Below are positions 38,840 to 48,361 of a stretch of 64,000 nt of DNA, piece after piece; position 1 is the first letter of the stretch, and each line of letters opens with the position of its first letter. The stretch spans positions 1,696,001-1,760,000 of the forward strand of contig CAWBZI010000001.1 of assembly GCA_963793265.1 (NCBI GenBank), read 5' to 3'. The translations under genes and the position numbers were made by a program. The notes beneath the pieces were generated by a model. It did no database searches. It was not told the origin of the DNA and saw nothing but the letters and a program-made list of their open reading frames with translations. The DNA is from an uncultured cyanobacterium (GTDB taxonomy: Bacteria; Cyanobacteriota; Cyanobacteriia; Phormidesmidales; Phormidesmidaceae).

Positions 38840-40180
38840 ATGCTTAGCTGGGATCAGACGCCTGCTCTTTCACCAATGCGCTGCTGCCGGGCTTGGGTAG
38901 AGATTAATCTGTCAGCGCTGGCAGACAATGTGCGATCGATCAAATCCCTCTTACCCCCCAACACTGACCTGATGACGGTGGTCAAAGCCGACGCCTACGG
39001 TCATGGGGCAGTAAGTGTCGCGCAGGTGGCCCTGACGTCGGGAGCAACCTGGCTGGGCGTGGCGACAGTGCCAGAGGGAATGGAGCTAAGACAGGCGGGG
39101 ATAGACGCGCCAATATTAGTGATGGGCGCGGTGAATGACGCCGAAGAAGTTGAGGCAATCGCCCGCTGGCAGCTTCAGCCCACAATCGTCAATCCTAAAC
39201 AGGCTTTAATTTTTTCAGAGACGCTAGCGACCCTTGCTACTACAAGATCCGAACTTTCTGTGACGGTACCAGCGCATCTCAAGCTAGATACTGGCATGTC
39301 TCGACTAGGCTTTAGCTGGCGGCAGGCAACGGAGCTAGCCAGATTTGTGCAGCAGCTTCCCTATTTAGAAACTGTCAGCGTATATTCTCACTTAGCGACC
39401 GCAGATAGTCCTGATCCAACCGTCATGAGGCTACAGCAGGAGCGGTTTAGGTGTGCGATCGCTGCGCTCAAAGACGCTGATTTGCTACCCGACCGCCTGC
39501 ACTTAGCCAACTCAGCCGCCACCTTGGCCGCCGTGCTTAGCTCGCTTGAGAGCGAAACGGTAGTAGATGAGACTGATTCGGATGGAACTGAGGCGATCAC
39601 ACCTAGTTCGGCCATGCATTACAACATGGTAAGGGTCGGGCTATGCACATATGGCCTATATCCTGCACCTCATCTACGGCCTGCTACGCACTTACGGCCT
39701 GTGCTAGAAGTCAAAGCTCGGATCACGCATGTAAAAAGCATTGAACCCGGAGACGGGGTGAGCTATAGCCATAAGTTTGTTGCCGATCGGCCCATGACGA
39801 TCGCGATTGTTGGCATCGGCTATGCTGACGGCGTGCCGCGAGTGCTTTCAAACCAAATGGAGGTTGTCGTACGTCAGCAGCGTGTCCGGCAAATTGGGGC
39901 GATCACGATGGATCAGCTCATGCTAGATGTGACTGATTTGGCGGGGGTGCAGGTGGGCGATGTGGTCACGCTGCTAGGCGAATCGGGCGAGCATACGCTG
40001 AGCGCAGATAACTGGGCAGCGATGGCGGGGACAATTTCCTGGGAGATTTTGTGCGGCTTTAAGCACCGTCTGCCGCGAATTCAGTCTGGGGGCGACTGTC
40101 GTAATAGCGAGCAAAGCAGCGAGCAGGGCGTTGAGAAAGCTGATTTTGCGATCGCCAAAGCCGAGCTTGCGGGCAGTTGA
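38840..40180 (+). CDS. alr: Alanine racemase
   Basis: VVKADAYGHG, HLKLDTGMSRLG, IGYADG, TMDQ. Confidence 0.96.
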   Translation: MLSWDQTPALSPMRCCRAWVEINLSALADNVRSIKSLLPPNTDLMTVVKADAYGHGAVSVAQVALTSGATWLGVATVPEGMELRQAGIDAPILVMGAVNDAEEVEAIARWQLQPTIVNPKQALIFSETLATLATTRSELSVTVPAHLKLDTGMSRLGFSWRQATELARFVQQLPYLETVSVYSHLATADSPDPTVMRLQQERFRCAIAALKDADLLPDRLHLANSAATLAAVLSSLESETVVDETDSDGTEAITPSSAMHYNMVRVGLCTYGLYPAPHLRPATHLRPVLEVKARITHVKSIEPGDGVSYSHKFVADRPMTIAIVGIGYADGVPRVLSNQMEVVVRQQRVRQIGAITMDQLMLDVTDLAGVQVGDVVTLLGESGEHTLSADNWAAMAGTISWEILCGFKHRLPRIQSGGDCRNSEQSSEQGVEKADFAIAKAELAGS

Positions 40181-40266
40181 TTTAGACTGCTCAAAATGTT
40201 TTTAGAATATTAGATGAAATATGGCTAGAGCTTTCGCAGAGTTCTTGCTATTATGGTTGCTCACTT

Positions 40267-40355
40267 GGAGAAGTGGCTGAGCGGTTGAAAGCGGCTCCCT
40301 GCTAAGGAGTTATGGGGTGTAAACTTCATCGAGGGTTCGAATCCCTCCTTCTCCG
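40267..40355 (+). tRNA. tRNA-Ser(GCU)
   Basis: GGAGAAG acceptor, CTGCTAA anticodon loop, long variable arm, GGTTCGAATCC. Confidence 0.97.
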
Positions 40356-40409
40356 TTGGTTTTTGGAGCTTACAGGCTATCTGACACAGCAGATACCTGT
40401 AGCTAGGTT

Positions 40410-40949
40410 TTATAAATTACGAACGGCCCAAAGCAGTCGGGCAGGCGTTGCATTCGTATGCGCGAACGAAAACAAGTGCTGAAAGCGCAGGCGTCCTTCA
40501 AGATCTAATACAAATTGGGCCGGGAGCGGTGCACCGAGGGCCTGCCCTGTACCGTAGCGCTGAAAGCTTTGGCAGCTTGGATCTACCAATAAAGGCATCG
40601 GGATTGATAGGTCTTGCTGCACGATTTTGCTTTGGGCCATGGTGGTACTGGTGATCATGAGCAGCACCGCGCCAAGGCCGACGAACTGGTTGTGTGCTTC
40701 TATCAGCGAAAGGATATGCGGATAGCAAAAAGGGCAGTATTGCTTTTCTGTGAAGATGCGGGTGAAGGCAATGATGACTGGCTTGCCCTGGTAGTCGGAT
40801 AGCTGGTGAGGGGTGCCATCGACGCCGGGCAGGGTGAAGTTGGGGAGTTTTTCACCGAGCTGAAATTTGCAGCGGGCAGGGATAGGAAGGAAGTTGTTGA
40901 AAAATCGCTGGCTAATGAGGCCGCGAAAGTCGGTGGAGGTGAGCTGCAT
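40410..40949 (-). CDS. Peroxiredoxin-like AhpC/TSA family protein
   Basis: PNFTLP...LSDYQGKPVIIAF...YCPFCYP; likely start MQLTST at 40949. Confidence 0.85.
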   Translation of the reverse strand: MQLTSTDFRGLISQRFFNNFLPIPARCKFQLGEKLPNFTLPGVDGTPHQLSDYQGKPVIIAFTRIFTEKQYCPFCYPHILSLIEAHNQFVGLGAVLLMITSTTMAQSKIVQQDLSIPMPLLVDPSCQSFQRYGTGQALGAPLPAQFVLDLEGRLRFQHLFSFAHTNATPARLLWAVRNL

Positions 40950-40980
40950 GGGTGCGCTGCGGGGTGGAGTGTGAGAAATG

Positions 40981-41011
40981 CAAAAGGGCACTCGTAAGGA
41001 GTGCCCTTTTG
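40981..41011 (-). terminator. Terminator after 2-Cys peroxiredoxin
   Basis: caaaagggcactc-gtaag-gagtgcccttttg. Confidence 0.75.
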
Positions 41012-41035
41012 AAAGCAATGACAAGCCTCTATCGA

Positions 41036-41641
41036 TTAAACAGTCGCGAAGAACTCTTTAGACTTGATTGGATCAGGATTCATCGTGGCGCTACCGGGCT
41101 GCCAGCCAGCAGGGCAGACTTCATCAGGGTGCGCCTGAACGTGCTGAATGGCCTGAAGCACGCGCAGCGTTTCTTCGACGCTGCGGCCAAACGAGAGATT
41201 GTTGATAGTAGCGTGCTGAATCACACCGTCTTTGTCGATGATGAAAAGACCGCGTAAAGCGACGCCTGCTTCAGGATCGAGCACGTTGTAGTCGGCGCTG
41301 ATTTCTTTTTTGATGTCAGAGACGAGCGGGTATTCAAGATCGCCGACGCCGCCGGATTTGCGATCGCTTTGAATCCAAGCAAGATGAGAAAACTCACTGT
41401 CTACAGAAACGCCAAGCACTTCGGTATTGATATCGCTGAAGCTGCTGTAGCCATCGCTGAAGGCGGTAATTTCAGTAGGGCAAACAAAGGTAAAGTCTAG
41501 TGGGTAAAAGAAAAGGACAACGTACTTGCCGCGATAGTCGGATAGCTTGATTATTTTGAATTCTTGATCGACAACGGCAGTCGCCGTAAAGTCAGGGGCG
41601 TTTTGACCTACTCTCAAACATCCTTGGTTCTGCTGGCTCAT
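41036..41641 (-). CDS. 2-Cys peroxiredoxin
   Basis: [13 protein letters not shown] and EVCPAGW. Confidence 0.96.
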   Translation of the reverse strand: MSQQNQGCLRVGQNAPDFTATAVVDQEFKIIKLSDYRGKYVVLFFYPLDFTFVCPTEITAFSDGYSSFSDINTEVLGVSVDSEFSHLAWIQSDRKSGGVGDLEYPLVSDIKKEISADYNVLDPEAGVALRGLFIIDKDGVIQHATINNLSFGRSVEETLRVLQAIQHVQAHPDEVCPAGWQPGSATMNPDPIKSKEFFATV

Positions 41642-41720
41642 GAACGCTCTCCTTATAATATTTTGGCTGCTCTCAGCACAAGGATATTAACATTAAGGCA
41701 GCCTCAATCTTATGTTCGTA

Positions 41721-42689
41721 TCACTTTTGCTGAATAGTCAGCCCTGGCAAACCCTCTAACCTTTCAGGTGGATCGAAGATGCCGTCTTTGGGCGTCATGA
41801 TTAAAAGAGACTGGGGAATGCATTTAATTTCTATAGGGGTGTCGCCAATCATTTCACCATCTAGCACAACTTTTTGGGTGGGGTCGGTTGAGATAGTGAC
41901 GGCTGAACAGCGGAAGTAGCCAACGTCTTGTCTTTTTGAGGAGCGCTTATTGAGGGCCGATTGGAAGAGATTATAAGAGGCCGCGATCGCACCTCCTGCA
42001 CCTTTAGGCGCAAAAATAGTCACATCTAGCAGTCCATCATAGGGCACTACATCTGAAGGCCCTTGCGCTAATACCGACGTTGCCGGGGCCGTATTAGCGA
42101 CCGTAACCCCGGAGGCTTCTACCGTGATAATTCGATCAGGTGTCTCTAGCACGACTTCAAAAGTGGATAGCTCCTGTACCTGCTGAAAGGCAGAGAGAAT
42201 ATAGGCGGCGCTGCCGATTTTATCTTTAAGCTGGCGGTTAGCCTCTGAAACCACATCGGCTTCGAGGCCAACACCTGCTAGCAGCAGTAGCGGCTGTTGG
42301 TTGCACATAGCCATGTCGATCTTGCGAGGGACGCCTGAGAGCACCGTGTTACAGGCCGTGAGGATATCATCAGAGATGCCAAATGCAGAGGCGATCGCAT
42401 TGGCTGTCCCTCTTGGAATGATCCCCAAGGCAACATCAGTTTTCATTAGCGCCCCTGCAACTGCCGAGACGGTACCGTCGCCGCCAGAGGCGATTACGCA
42501 GTCTGCGCCTTGAGCGATCGCATCTTCTGCTAGCGCTGTATCGGAGCCATCTGCGGTCGTTTCTATCACCGTGAGCTTAGTGTGATCTTCAATAATGCGC
42601 TTAATCAACGCCAGTTCATCCACCGGGTTTCCTTGGCCCGATGCCGGGTTAAAAATCAGGTAGATGTTTTGGAAGGTTGATTCGTTCAT
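41721..42689 (-). CDS. YegS/Rv2252/BmrU-family lipid kinase (DAGK domain)
   Basis: IFNPASG, SGGDGT, IPRGTANA, LDGE. Confidence 0.92.
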   Translation of the reverse strand: MNESTFQNIYLIFNPASGQGNPVDELALIKRIIEDHTKLTVIETTADGSDTALAEDAIAQGADCVIASGGDGTVSAVAGALMKTDVALGIIPRGTANAIASAFGISDDILTACNTVLSGVPRKIDMAMCNQQPLLLLAGVGLEADVVSEANRQLKDKIGSAAYILSAFQQVQELSTFEVVLETPDRIITVEASGVTVANTAPATSVLAQGPSDVVPYDGLLDVTIFAPKGAGGAIAASYNLFQSALNKRSSKRQDVGYFRCSAVTISTDPTQKVVLDGEMIGDTPIEIKCIPQSLLIMTPKDGIFDPPERLEGLPGLTIQQK

Positions 42690-42753
42690 GGAGACGATGC
42701 TGCCGCAAGCAGCATTAAATAGAGAATCTTATCCCCTTTTTAACCTTCAACTG

Positions 42754-43692
42754 CTAATCAGACGTACCACTTTCGACGGGATTACCACCGTTAGCTACAC
42801 TAAGCTGCCTTTGCCCGCTTTTATCCTCAGCTGGCAAATAGTCGTCGTATTTATCTTGATCGAAGTGGTAAACGGTGTGAATAGGATATGGAATATTGAT
42901 GTTCGCCTCATCGCAAGCCTGCTTGAGCGCAAGCATCATCTGCGTTTGTATGCGGCGAACGGACTTTTGTTCGGGGTGAGTCCAATAGCGCACGACCATG
43001 TTAATAGCACTATCTCCAAAGCCAGTAATGTCTACTTCTACTGAAGGACTCGGATATACTTCTGAAACTGTCTTAGCCGCATCTGTAAGGGTTTTTACGG
43101 CCATAGGTAGCGGCGTGTTGTAGTCTACGCCGATGGCCAGATCGGTGCGACGCTGCGGCTTGCCGGTCATCACTTTGATAGGGCTAGTAAATACGATGGA
43201 GTTGGGCACAACGACCAGTACGCCCTGATACGTACGAATCTGGGTAGAGCGCAGGGCAATTTCTTCGACGGTGCCTTCGTATTCACCGACGACAATTTGA
43301 TCGCCCAAAGAAAAAGGCTCTTGCAGTAAGAGCAAGATGCCCGCCAGAAAGTTTTTGAAGATGTCTTGAAAGGCAAAACCGATGGCTACTGAACCTAGCC
43401 CTAGCAGGCCAATGATGTCTGCAAATCCAAGGTCTTGAAAGGCCAGCGTACAGGCAAATAAAATGCCCAGTACCCAGGTTGCAGCAAAGCTTGTTTGGGT
43501 GAGTAAAGACTGTAGCGAAAGACTCTTTAGCGTTTTGACAGATACTTTGCGAACCACTCTGCGAACCAGGTTCGCGGCTGTGCGGGTAAGGGCTAAAACG
43601 ATAATTGCAAAAACAATGCCGGGCAAGAGCGCAATGCCATCGCCTGCTAGTTCAACTAATCTACCCTGAACCTCTTTTGCTAATGCTTCCAT
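42754..43692 (-). CDS. Small-conductance mechanosensitive channel (MscS family)
   Basis: GSVAIGFAFQDIFKNFLAG...PF.LGDQI...GTVEEI.LRST. Confidence 0.93.
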   Translation of the reverse strand: MEALAKEVQGRLVELAGDGIALLPGIVFAIIVLALTRTAANLVRRVVRKVSVKTLKSLSLQSLLTQTSFAATWVLGILFACTLAFQDLGFADIIGLLGLGSVAIGFAFQDIFKNFLAGILLLLQEPFSLGDQIVVGEYEGTVEEIALRSTQIRTYQGVLVVVPNSIVFTSPIKVMTGKPQRRTDLAIGVDYNTPLPMAVKTLTDAAKTVSEVYPSPSVEVDITGFGDSAINMVVRYWTHPEQKSVRRIQTQMMLALKQACDEANINIPYPIHTVYHFDQDKYDDYLPAEDKSGQRQLSVANGGNPVESGTSD

Positions 43693-43833
43693 AGATGTCG
43701 TTTGTTTTAAGCCTTTTGTTTCCGTCTTTCGGACGTTTGCAAATAAGCCCCAATAAGGTGTGGGCTATTTTATAGTAGGTCACCTAAGTCGATGAGCTAT
43801 TAGAGAATAGGCCACACCCATAACCTTATAGCC

Positions 43834-43882
43834 AATAGAGGTCAGCAAATCAATAAGTTGCGATTTGCTGACCTCTATTTTT
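43834..43882. terminator. Long hairpin / terminator
   Basis: aatagaggtcagcaaatc...gatttgctgacctctattttt. Confidence 0.75.
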
Positions 43883-43897
43883 AGATAGGATATTGCT

Positions 43898-43949
43898 CCA
43901 GGTGCTATCGCCAAGTGCTATCGCCAGGTGCTATCGCCAGGTGCGATCG
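43898..43949. repeat. Four tandem 13-bp units (ccaggtgctatcg) spanning a stop codon
   Basis: Units at 43898, 43911, 43924 and 43937; the last overlaps a HIP1 site. Confidence 0.9.
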
Positions 43950-44221
43950 CCTTCTTCATTCACACGCGCCTGTCGAATAACATCAGAAATTTCCTCTGCG
44001 TCCTTGACGTGGTGCAGCGCTTCTTTCTCACCGTCTTCGCCTTCTACTGTGAAATAGGTAGGCACTTCAATCGGGTTGCCGAGCGCATCTTCATAGGCGA
44101 CCGCCGTCTTCTCACCCTTTTCTTCGACTGAAGCGTCAGGCGACATTTCCTTATCGCCAGGGTTGATATTATCTGTACCCGCTTCGTTAGGCTCTCTTGG
44201 ATCGGTATTTTCTTTTGTCAT
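43931..44221 (-). CDS. Small acidic hydrophilic hypothetical protein
   Basis: 96-aa ORF 6 nt downstream of the DUF2267 gene. Confidence 0.65.
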   Translation of the reverse strand: MTKENTDPREPNEAGTDNINPGDKEMSPDASVEEKGEKTAVAYEDALGNPIEVPTYFTVEGEDGEKEALHHVKDAEEISDVIRQARVNEEGDRTWR

Positions 44222-44227
44222 GGCTGC

Positions 44228-45016
44228 TTATGCTTCCTCCCATAGTTTACGAATCTTGCCAGGCATTGCCTCAGCAATCTCAGCAATGCGTTCTTCAGAC
44301 AGCTCTTCTTTAGTAGCGCCAAAGACTGCTTTTACAACTGTGTTGGGGCCGGTCGTCTTAGGCAGGCCACCTTCTCTTTCAACTCTAAAAAGAAAGGTGT
44401 CATCGTCAAAGTTAAGCGCAGGGCGAACTTTGCTCAAAAACCTCACTAGCGGATTAGAGTCCTTCCACAGATCGGAAATTTCTTCTTTCACTGCTTTTTT
44501 GTCGGTATGCAGGGCTTCGGCGTGCAGCTCGTTTGCAACGTTCTGAGTCGCTTCGTTCGTCATCAAATCGCGCATCGTTCTAAAGACAACTTCAGTGATG
44601 TCGCGAGCGTCGTAAATGTCTTCGATATGCCCTTTCAGCATGACCTTGTTAAGGAAGTCCATGTCCTTAGTAGCAATCGGCGTGCTCGGCCCTTCTCTCA
44701 GCTCTGTCGGCGGGTTAGCGCTCATCGTTTTGAGCAGTTCTTTGCCGCTATCGGTGAGTTCTACAGCATGTAGCTCTACGTTATCAGGCAGAGGGTTGGG
44801 GCCAACGTTAGCGTAGGCGTCGCCGTCAAAATCGGCTCTGATGTAGCCTTTTTGATTGAGGTAGTCGAGGTGGGCTAAGATCTCGGTATGATTGGTGTTG
44901 CGGCCTGTAAAGTCGGTAGCTGCTAAATTTAGCGGCTGAGGTTCTTTCGACTCGGGGCGATCGCCCATCTTTTTAAGTAAGATATATGCGATATCTTCTT
45001 TTAATTCTATTGTCAT
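44228..45016 (-). CDS. DUF2267 domain protein with N-terminal extra (wHTH-like) domain
   Basis: FL.KVM...DARDITEVVFRTMRD...VKAVF.ATKEELS.ERI.EIA..MPG.IR.LW; AGGAG RBS. Confidence 0.8.
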   Translation of the reverse strand: MTIELKEDIAYILLKKMGDRPESKEPQPLNLAATDFTGRNTNHTEILAHLDYLNQKGYIRADFDGDAYANVGPNPLPDNVELHAVELTDSGKELLKTMSANPPTELREGPSTPIATKDMDFLNKVMLKGHIEDIYDARDITEVVFRTMRDLMTNEATQNVANELHAEALHTDKKAVKEEISDLWKDSNPLVRFLSKVRPALNFDDDTFLFRVEREGGLPKTTGPNTVVKAVFGATKEELSEERIAEIAEAMPGKIRKLWEEA

Positions 45017-45073
45017 AAAAGTCTCCTAAAAACTTATTAATTCAATAGTACGAGGGAGGGCTTTCGGTGCTAG

Positions 45074-45089
45074 TCAACCTCAAGAGATA
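45074..45089. promoter_or_regulatory. Candidate 7-2-7 operator TCAACCT-CA-AGAGATA
   Basis: Lies 23 nt upstream of a minus-strand TACTAT -10 (45045-45050) for the DUF2267 gene. Confidence 0.55.
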
Positions 45090-45191
45090 AAAGATTCACG
45101 AGTGTCCATACCTTTCGATATAGATCTTTAGTATAGGGTTTGGTACAAGTGTTTCTTTGGCAAGAACACAGAAAACGACACGACTTTCTGG

Positions 45192-45596
45192 CTATACGAC
45201 TTTTTTGAGCTTAGGAATAGCCTCTGGGTTACGAACCGCAGGCGCTGCTGAGAGCACAGCGATAATTCCCGTACGACCTGTCTCCAGCGTGGCACCGCTC
45301 AGTATATCCATCACGTCTACCTCTAAAATTGTCTTTATCAAAGATCTAATCTGCGGCTCCATGGCTACGTTCAAATCGGAGCGTACCTGCTCAGCGAGCG
45401 CTACTTGCCCTTCTTCTGCCAGCAGTTTTTCTGGCTGCGTTACCGAGTCTTCTAACACAATCGCTAGCTTTGCTCCAAATAGCTGACAGGTTACCTTACT
45501 TGGCTGATGGCCCAAATGCGTTTTGTAGAGCGATTGCAGCTTTTGTGAAACCTCACGCTCTAGCTGTCCAACCGTTCGCTGTTGCGTATTTTCCAT
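45192..45596 (-). CDS. DUF2294 (MpsC-like) domain protein
   Basis: GQLER..SQK...LY...LGHQPSKV.C.LF...LE.S.T.PE.LL...TGRTGII. Confidence 0.85.
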   Translation of the reverse strand: MENTQQRTVGQLEREVSQKLQSLYKTHLGHQPSKVTCQLFGAKLAIVLEDSVTQPEKLLAEEGQVALAEQVRSDLNVAMEPQIRSLIKTILEVDVMDILSGATLETGRTGIIAVLSAAPAVRNPEAIPKLKKVV

Positions 45597-45946
45597 ATCC
45601 GCGCTTAACTCCTTTCTCCGTATCTAAGCGAGCCTTCCCCATGCAAAAGATCAGTAAAAGTGGGGTGTAGCTCAAGTTGTAGAAAATTCTGCCTATAAAA
45701 TCAAACGCTTATGAAGACAGGATTAATAAAAATTAGACTTAAAATAGCGCTGTCTTGGCACTGAAGCTTGAAGCTTAAACGATAGCTGAAAGCGTTACTC
45801 TTTTGCCAACATAAAAAGATGGAGAAAGGTAAATTGGTCGATCTCTCTCCAAAGATGTCTTTCGATCTGTCGAGGGGTGGATATGGCATGTAGCAGTTGG
45901 GAGGTTGTATGGGGAGGTAATGTGTAATTTAAGGAGAGAAACCGGG

Positions 45947-46597
45947 ATGATCAAGTTCGACCCGCGCAAACAGAGCCTACAGCAACGGATTAAGCGAGTT
46001 GCCGTTCGTATGGCCTGTTTTCTGATGGTGAGTGCTGCTGTTTTTGGTGGTGCTGGCATTACTGCTGGAATGCCGAGTGCGCTGGCAGTTGGATCTGAAG
46101 CGGCTGGCGAAGTTGTGAACGAAAGAGCGGCGGCTGAGCTAGATAGAATGGCTGGCGCTGGTACGAGTGATAAGCTAAGCGGCGTTGTTGACGAAACGGT
46201 TGGCAAAGCGAAGCGTGGCGTAGCTGATATAAAGGACACGCTAGATATTGATACCACAGGCGCTAAGTTAGAAGGCGCGGCTGATGAACTTAAAGGCAAG
46301 GCAAAGCGCGGCGCGGCTAAAGTAGGCGATGCTTTGGATGCAGATACGCTAGGCACTAAAATAGACGGTGCTACCGATGAGCTTGCAGGTAAGGCAAAGC
46401 AGACAGGCGCAAAGATAGGCGATGCCTTGAGCGCTGACACCAGTGTGACCGACAAAATGGATGGCGCTACCGATGAGCTTGCAGGCAAAGCAAAGCGTGG
46501 GCTAGGTGAAGCAAAGTCTACGGCTGCTGATATTGGTGACGATGTTGAAGATAGTGCCGGTGGCTTTCTTCAGTCTGTCAAAGACTTCTTCAACTAA
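45947..46597 (+). CDS. CsbD/LEA-like repeat stress protein
   Basis: Signal-like N-terminus; repeated K.DGA.DELAGKAK....K.GDAL units; AGGAG RBS before ATG 45947. Confidence 0.8.
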   Translation: MIKFDPRKQSLQQRIKRVAVRMACFLMVSAAVFGGAGITAGMPSALAVGSEAAGEVVNERAAAELDRMAGAGTSDKLSGVVDETVGKAKRGVADIKDTLDIDTTGAKLEGAADELKGKAKRGAAKVGDALDADTLGTKIDGATDELAGKAKQTGAKIGDALSADTSVTDKMDGATDELAGKAKRGLGEAKSTAADIGDDVEDSAGGFLQSVKDFFN

Positions 46598-46695
46598 ATC
46601 CTTGGTTTAGTGAAGTCGTAAGCAGGGAGCGTATGTGCCTTACGCCCCTCACAAGTTTCAAGAGTTCAAGTTTAATTAAAAGAGAGGATTCCCTC

Positions 46696-47061
46696 ATGAA
46701 AAACGTTCGTAATTACCTGGCTACGCTAGCAGCGGCTGTTCGTCCTTTGATGATTGCTGCTGCCTGTGCGCTGCTGATTTTTTCTAGCGCTGCCCCTGCG
46801 TTGGCCTTCGGTAAAAGTGACTCCAAGCCTTCTGACGGTGTAGTTGAGCTAGATTCTGTACAAAATCAGTCTGAGCGGGCGATCGCTGGCCCTAAAGGCG
46901 GTGTTTTGGGTAACCCTGAAGCCGTTAAAGAAAACGCTCAAAAAGGTCTAAACGGTATTCAAGGAACGGCTGATGTAGACAACATGAGCAGACCTAGCAA
47001 CGCCAAAGGCGAAACCGTTGAAAGCAAGATTAAGGATGCGTTAGAGAAAGTTACGCCTTAG
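46696..47061 (+). CDS. Secreted hydrophilic stress-type hypothetical protein
   Basis: Signal peptide ending APALA, GLNGIQGTAD..M.RP motif; GAGG RBS. Confidence 0.7.
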   Translation: MKNVRNYLATLAAAVRPLMIAAACALLIFSSAAPALAFGKSDSKPSDGVVELDSVQNQSERAIAGPKGGVLGNPEAVKENAQKGLNGIQGTADVDNMSRPSNAKGETVESKIKDALEKVTP

Positions 47062-47167
47062 TAACGCTGTCTTTCAGCAGTTTTATAGTTCAGACCTTTA
47101 CAGTTCAGACCTATACAGTCCAATAGCTAAATAGCTTTTTCGCCCTGTTTCGATAAAGTATTAGCTG

Positions 47168-47210
47168 TAGCCCTCCTAGCGGATAAACCCGTAGGAGGGC
47201 TATCTTTTTC
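47168..47210 (+). terminator. Intrinsic terminator
   Basis: tagccctccta-gcggataaaccc-gtaggagggcta-tcttttt. Confidence 0.8.
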
Positions 47211-47256
47211 TATCTATCTATAGGCCGACCCCTGGGCGAATGTTCTCACAAATACC

Positions 47257-47272
47257 TCTCCCCTTAGATAGA
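47257..47272. promoter_or_regulatory. Candidate 7-2-7 operator TCTCCCC-TT-AGATAGA (second site at 47213-47228)
   Basis: Lies 23 nt upstream of a TACGGT -10 (47296-47301) for the MscS operon. Confidence 0.55.
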
Positions 47273-47349
47273 GCTTGCGAGGATATTTTTCCTTGTACGG
47301 TAAGGCGGCGTAATAGATGAATATCAAGGGTTTTTGTAGGGTTATAGGT

Positions 47350-48351
47350 ATGGGAGAGAACGTTTCTTTATCGGCGGCGACTGAGAAGATCACCAGCATG
47401 GTGCAAGGAGCGATCGCGCTTCTCCCTAATATCGTTATTGGCCTAGTTGTCATCATCCTGTTTTGGATAATTGGCAGCATTGTTCGCCGCGTCGTGCGTA
47501 AGCAAACGCGCAATAGAGATACGCGCAACGTGGGTTTGGTTGTCGGCAGGCTAGCCAGAGGCGTGCTGATCATACTGGGCTTTTTGATTGCTGCGACCAT
47601 CATTTTTCCTAGCTTTAATCCAGCCGATGCCCTTGCTACGTTAGGCATTGGTGGTGTTGCCATTGGTTTTGCCTTTAAAGATATTCTGCAAAACTTTTTA
47701 GCGGGCATTTTGATTCTGCTGACTGAGCCTTTCAAGCTTGACGATCAAATCATTTTCAAGGACTACGAAGGTACGGTAGAGCATATTGAAACCAGGGCGA
47801 CGACCGTTCGCACCTATGATGGACGGCGGGTCGTGATTCCAAACGCCGAGCTATTTACCAATGCAGTCACCGTCAATACTGCCTACGATCGCCGCCGCCT
47901 GCAATACGACATTGGTATTGGCTACGGTGATGATATTGCCCAAGCCAAAAAGATTATTTTAGAGGTGCTCGGCAGTCGTGAAGACGTGCTCAAAGACCCT
48001 AATCCAGAGGCGTTGGTGGTGGACTTAGCCGATAGCACCATTAATATTCGTGCGCGCTGGTGGATCGATCCGCCACGTAGAGCCGATGCCGTGGCTTCGA
48101 TGGACTGGGTGCTGGAAAATATTTGTAATGAGCTGGTGGCCGCTGGAATTGATTTGCCTTTCCCTACACAGCAAATACTCTTTCACGATCAGACCGAAGA
48201 AACCGATGGCAACCGTGCCAAGCAAAGAGAAGGCTGGCCTGTGGCCCCTGGGCAGGAGCCGCCTAGAGCCCTCAATCTATCTCGATCTATGCTGACGATG
48301 GTGAAGCAGCGCAATCAGAACAGCGCCCAGAACGGCACTTCAAAAGACTAA
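47350..48351 (+). CDS. MscS-family mechanosensitive channel
   Basis: LGIGGVAIGFAFKDILQNFLAG...EGTVEHIETRAT...IPNA. Confidence 0.93.
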   Translation: MGENVSLSAATEKITSMVQGAIALLPNIVIGLVVIILFWIIGSIVRRVVRKQTRNRDTRNVGLVVGRLARGVLIILGFLIAATIIFPSFNPADALATLGIGGVAIGFAFKDILQNFLAGILILLTEPFKLDDQIIFKDYEGTVEHIETRATTVRTYDGRRVVIPNAELFTNAVTVNTAYDRRRLQYDIGIGYGDDIAQAKKIILEVLGSREDVLKDPNPEALVVDLADSTINIRARWWIDPPRRADAVASMDWVLENICNELVAAGIDLPFPTQQILFHDQTEETDGNRAKQREGWPVAPGQEPPRALNLSRSMLTMVKQRNQNSAQNGTSKD

Positions 48352-48361
48352 AGCCTGATGT

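Noticed and set aside
40267..41720. tRNA-Ser as integration site of the stress cluster
   Set aside because: Core peroxiredoxin genes follow the tRNA, and no integrase or duplicated tRNA 3' end was found.
43874..43889. TCTATTT-TT-AGATAGG as another operator copy
   Set aside because: It overlaps the terminator stem and U-tract and lacks the -10 spacing, so it was not counted.
43898..43949. Possible CRISPR array
   Set aside because: 13-bp units with no spacers, and no cas genes; a simple tandem repeat.
45775..46488. 237-aa minus-strand ORF
   Set aside because: Antisense mirror of the repetitive CsbD-like gene.
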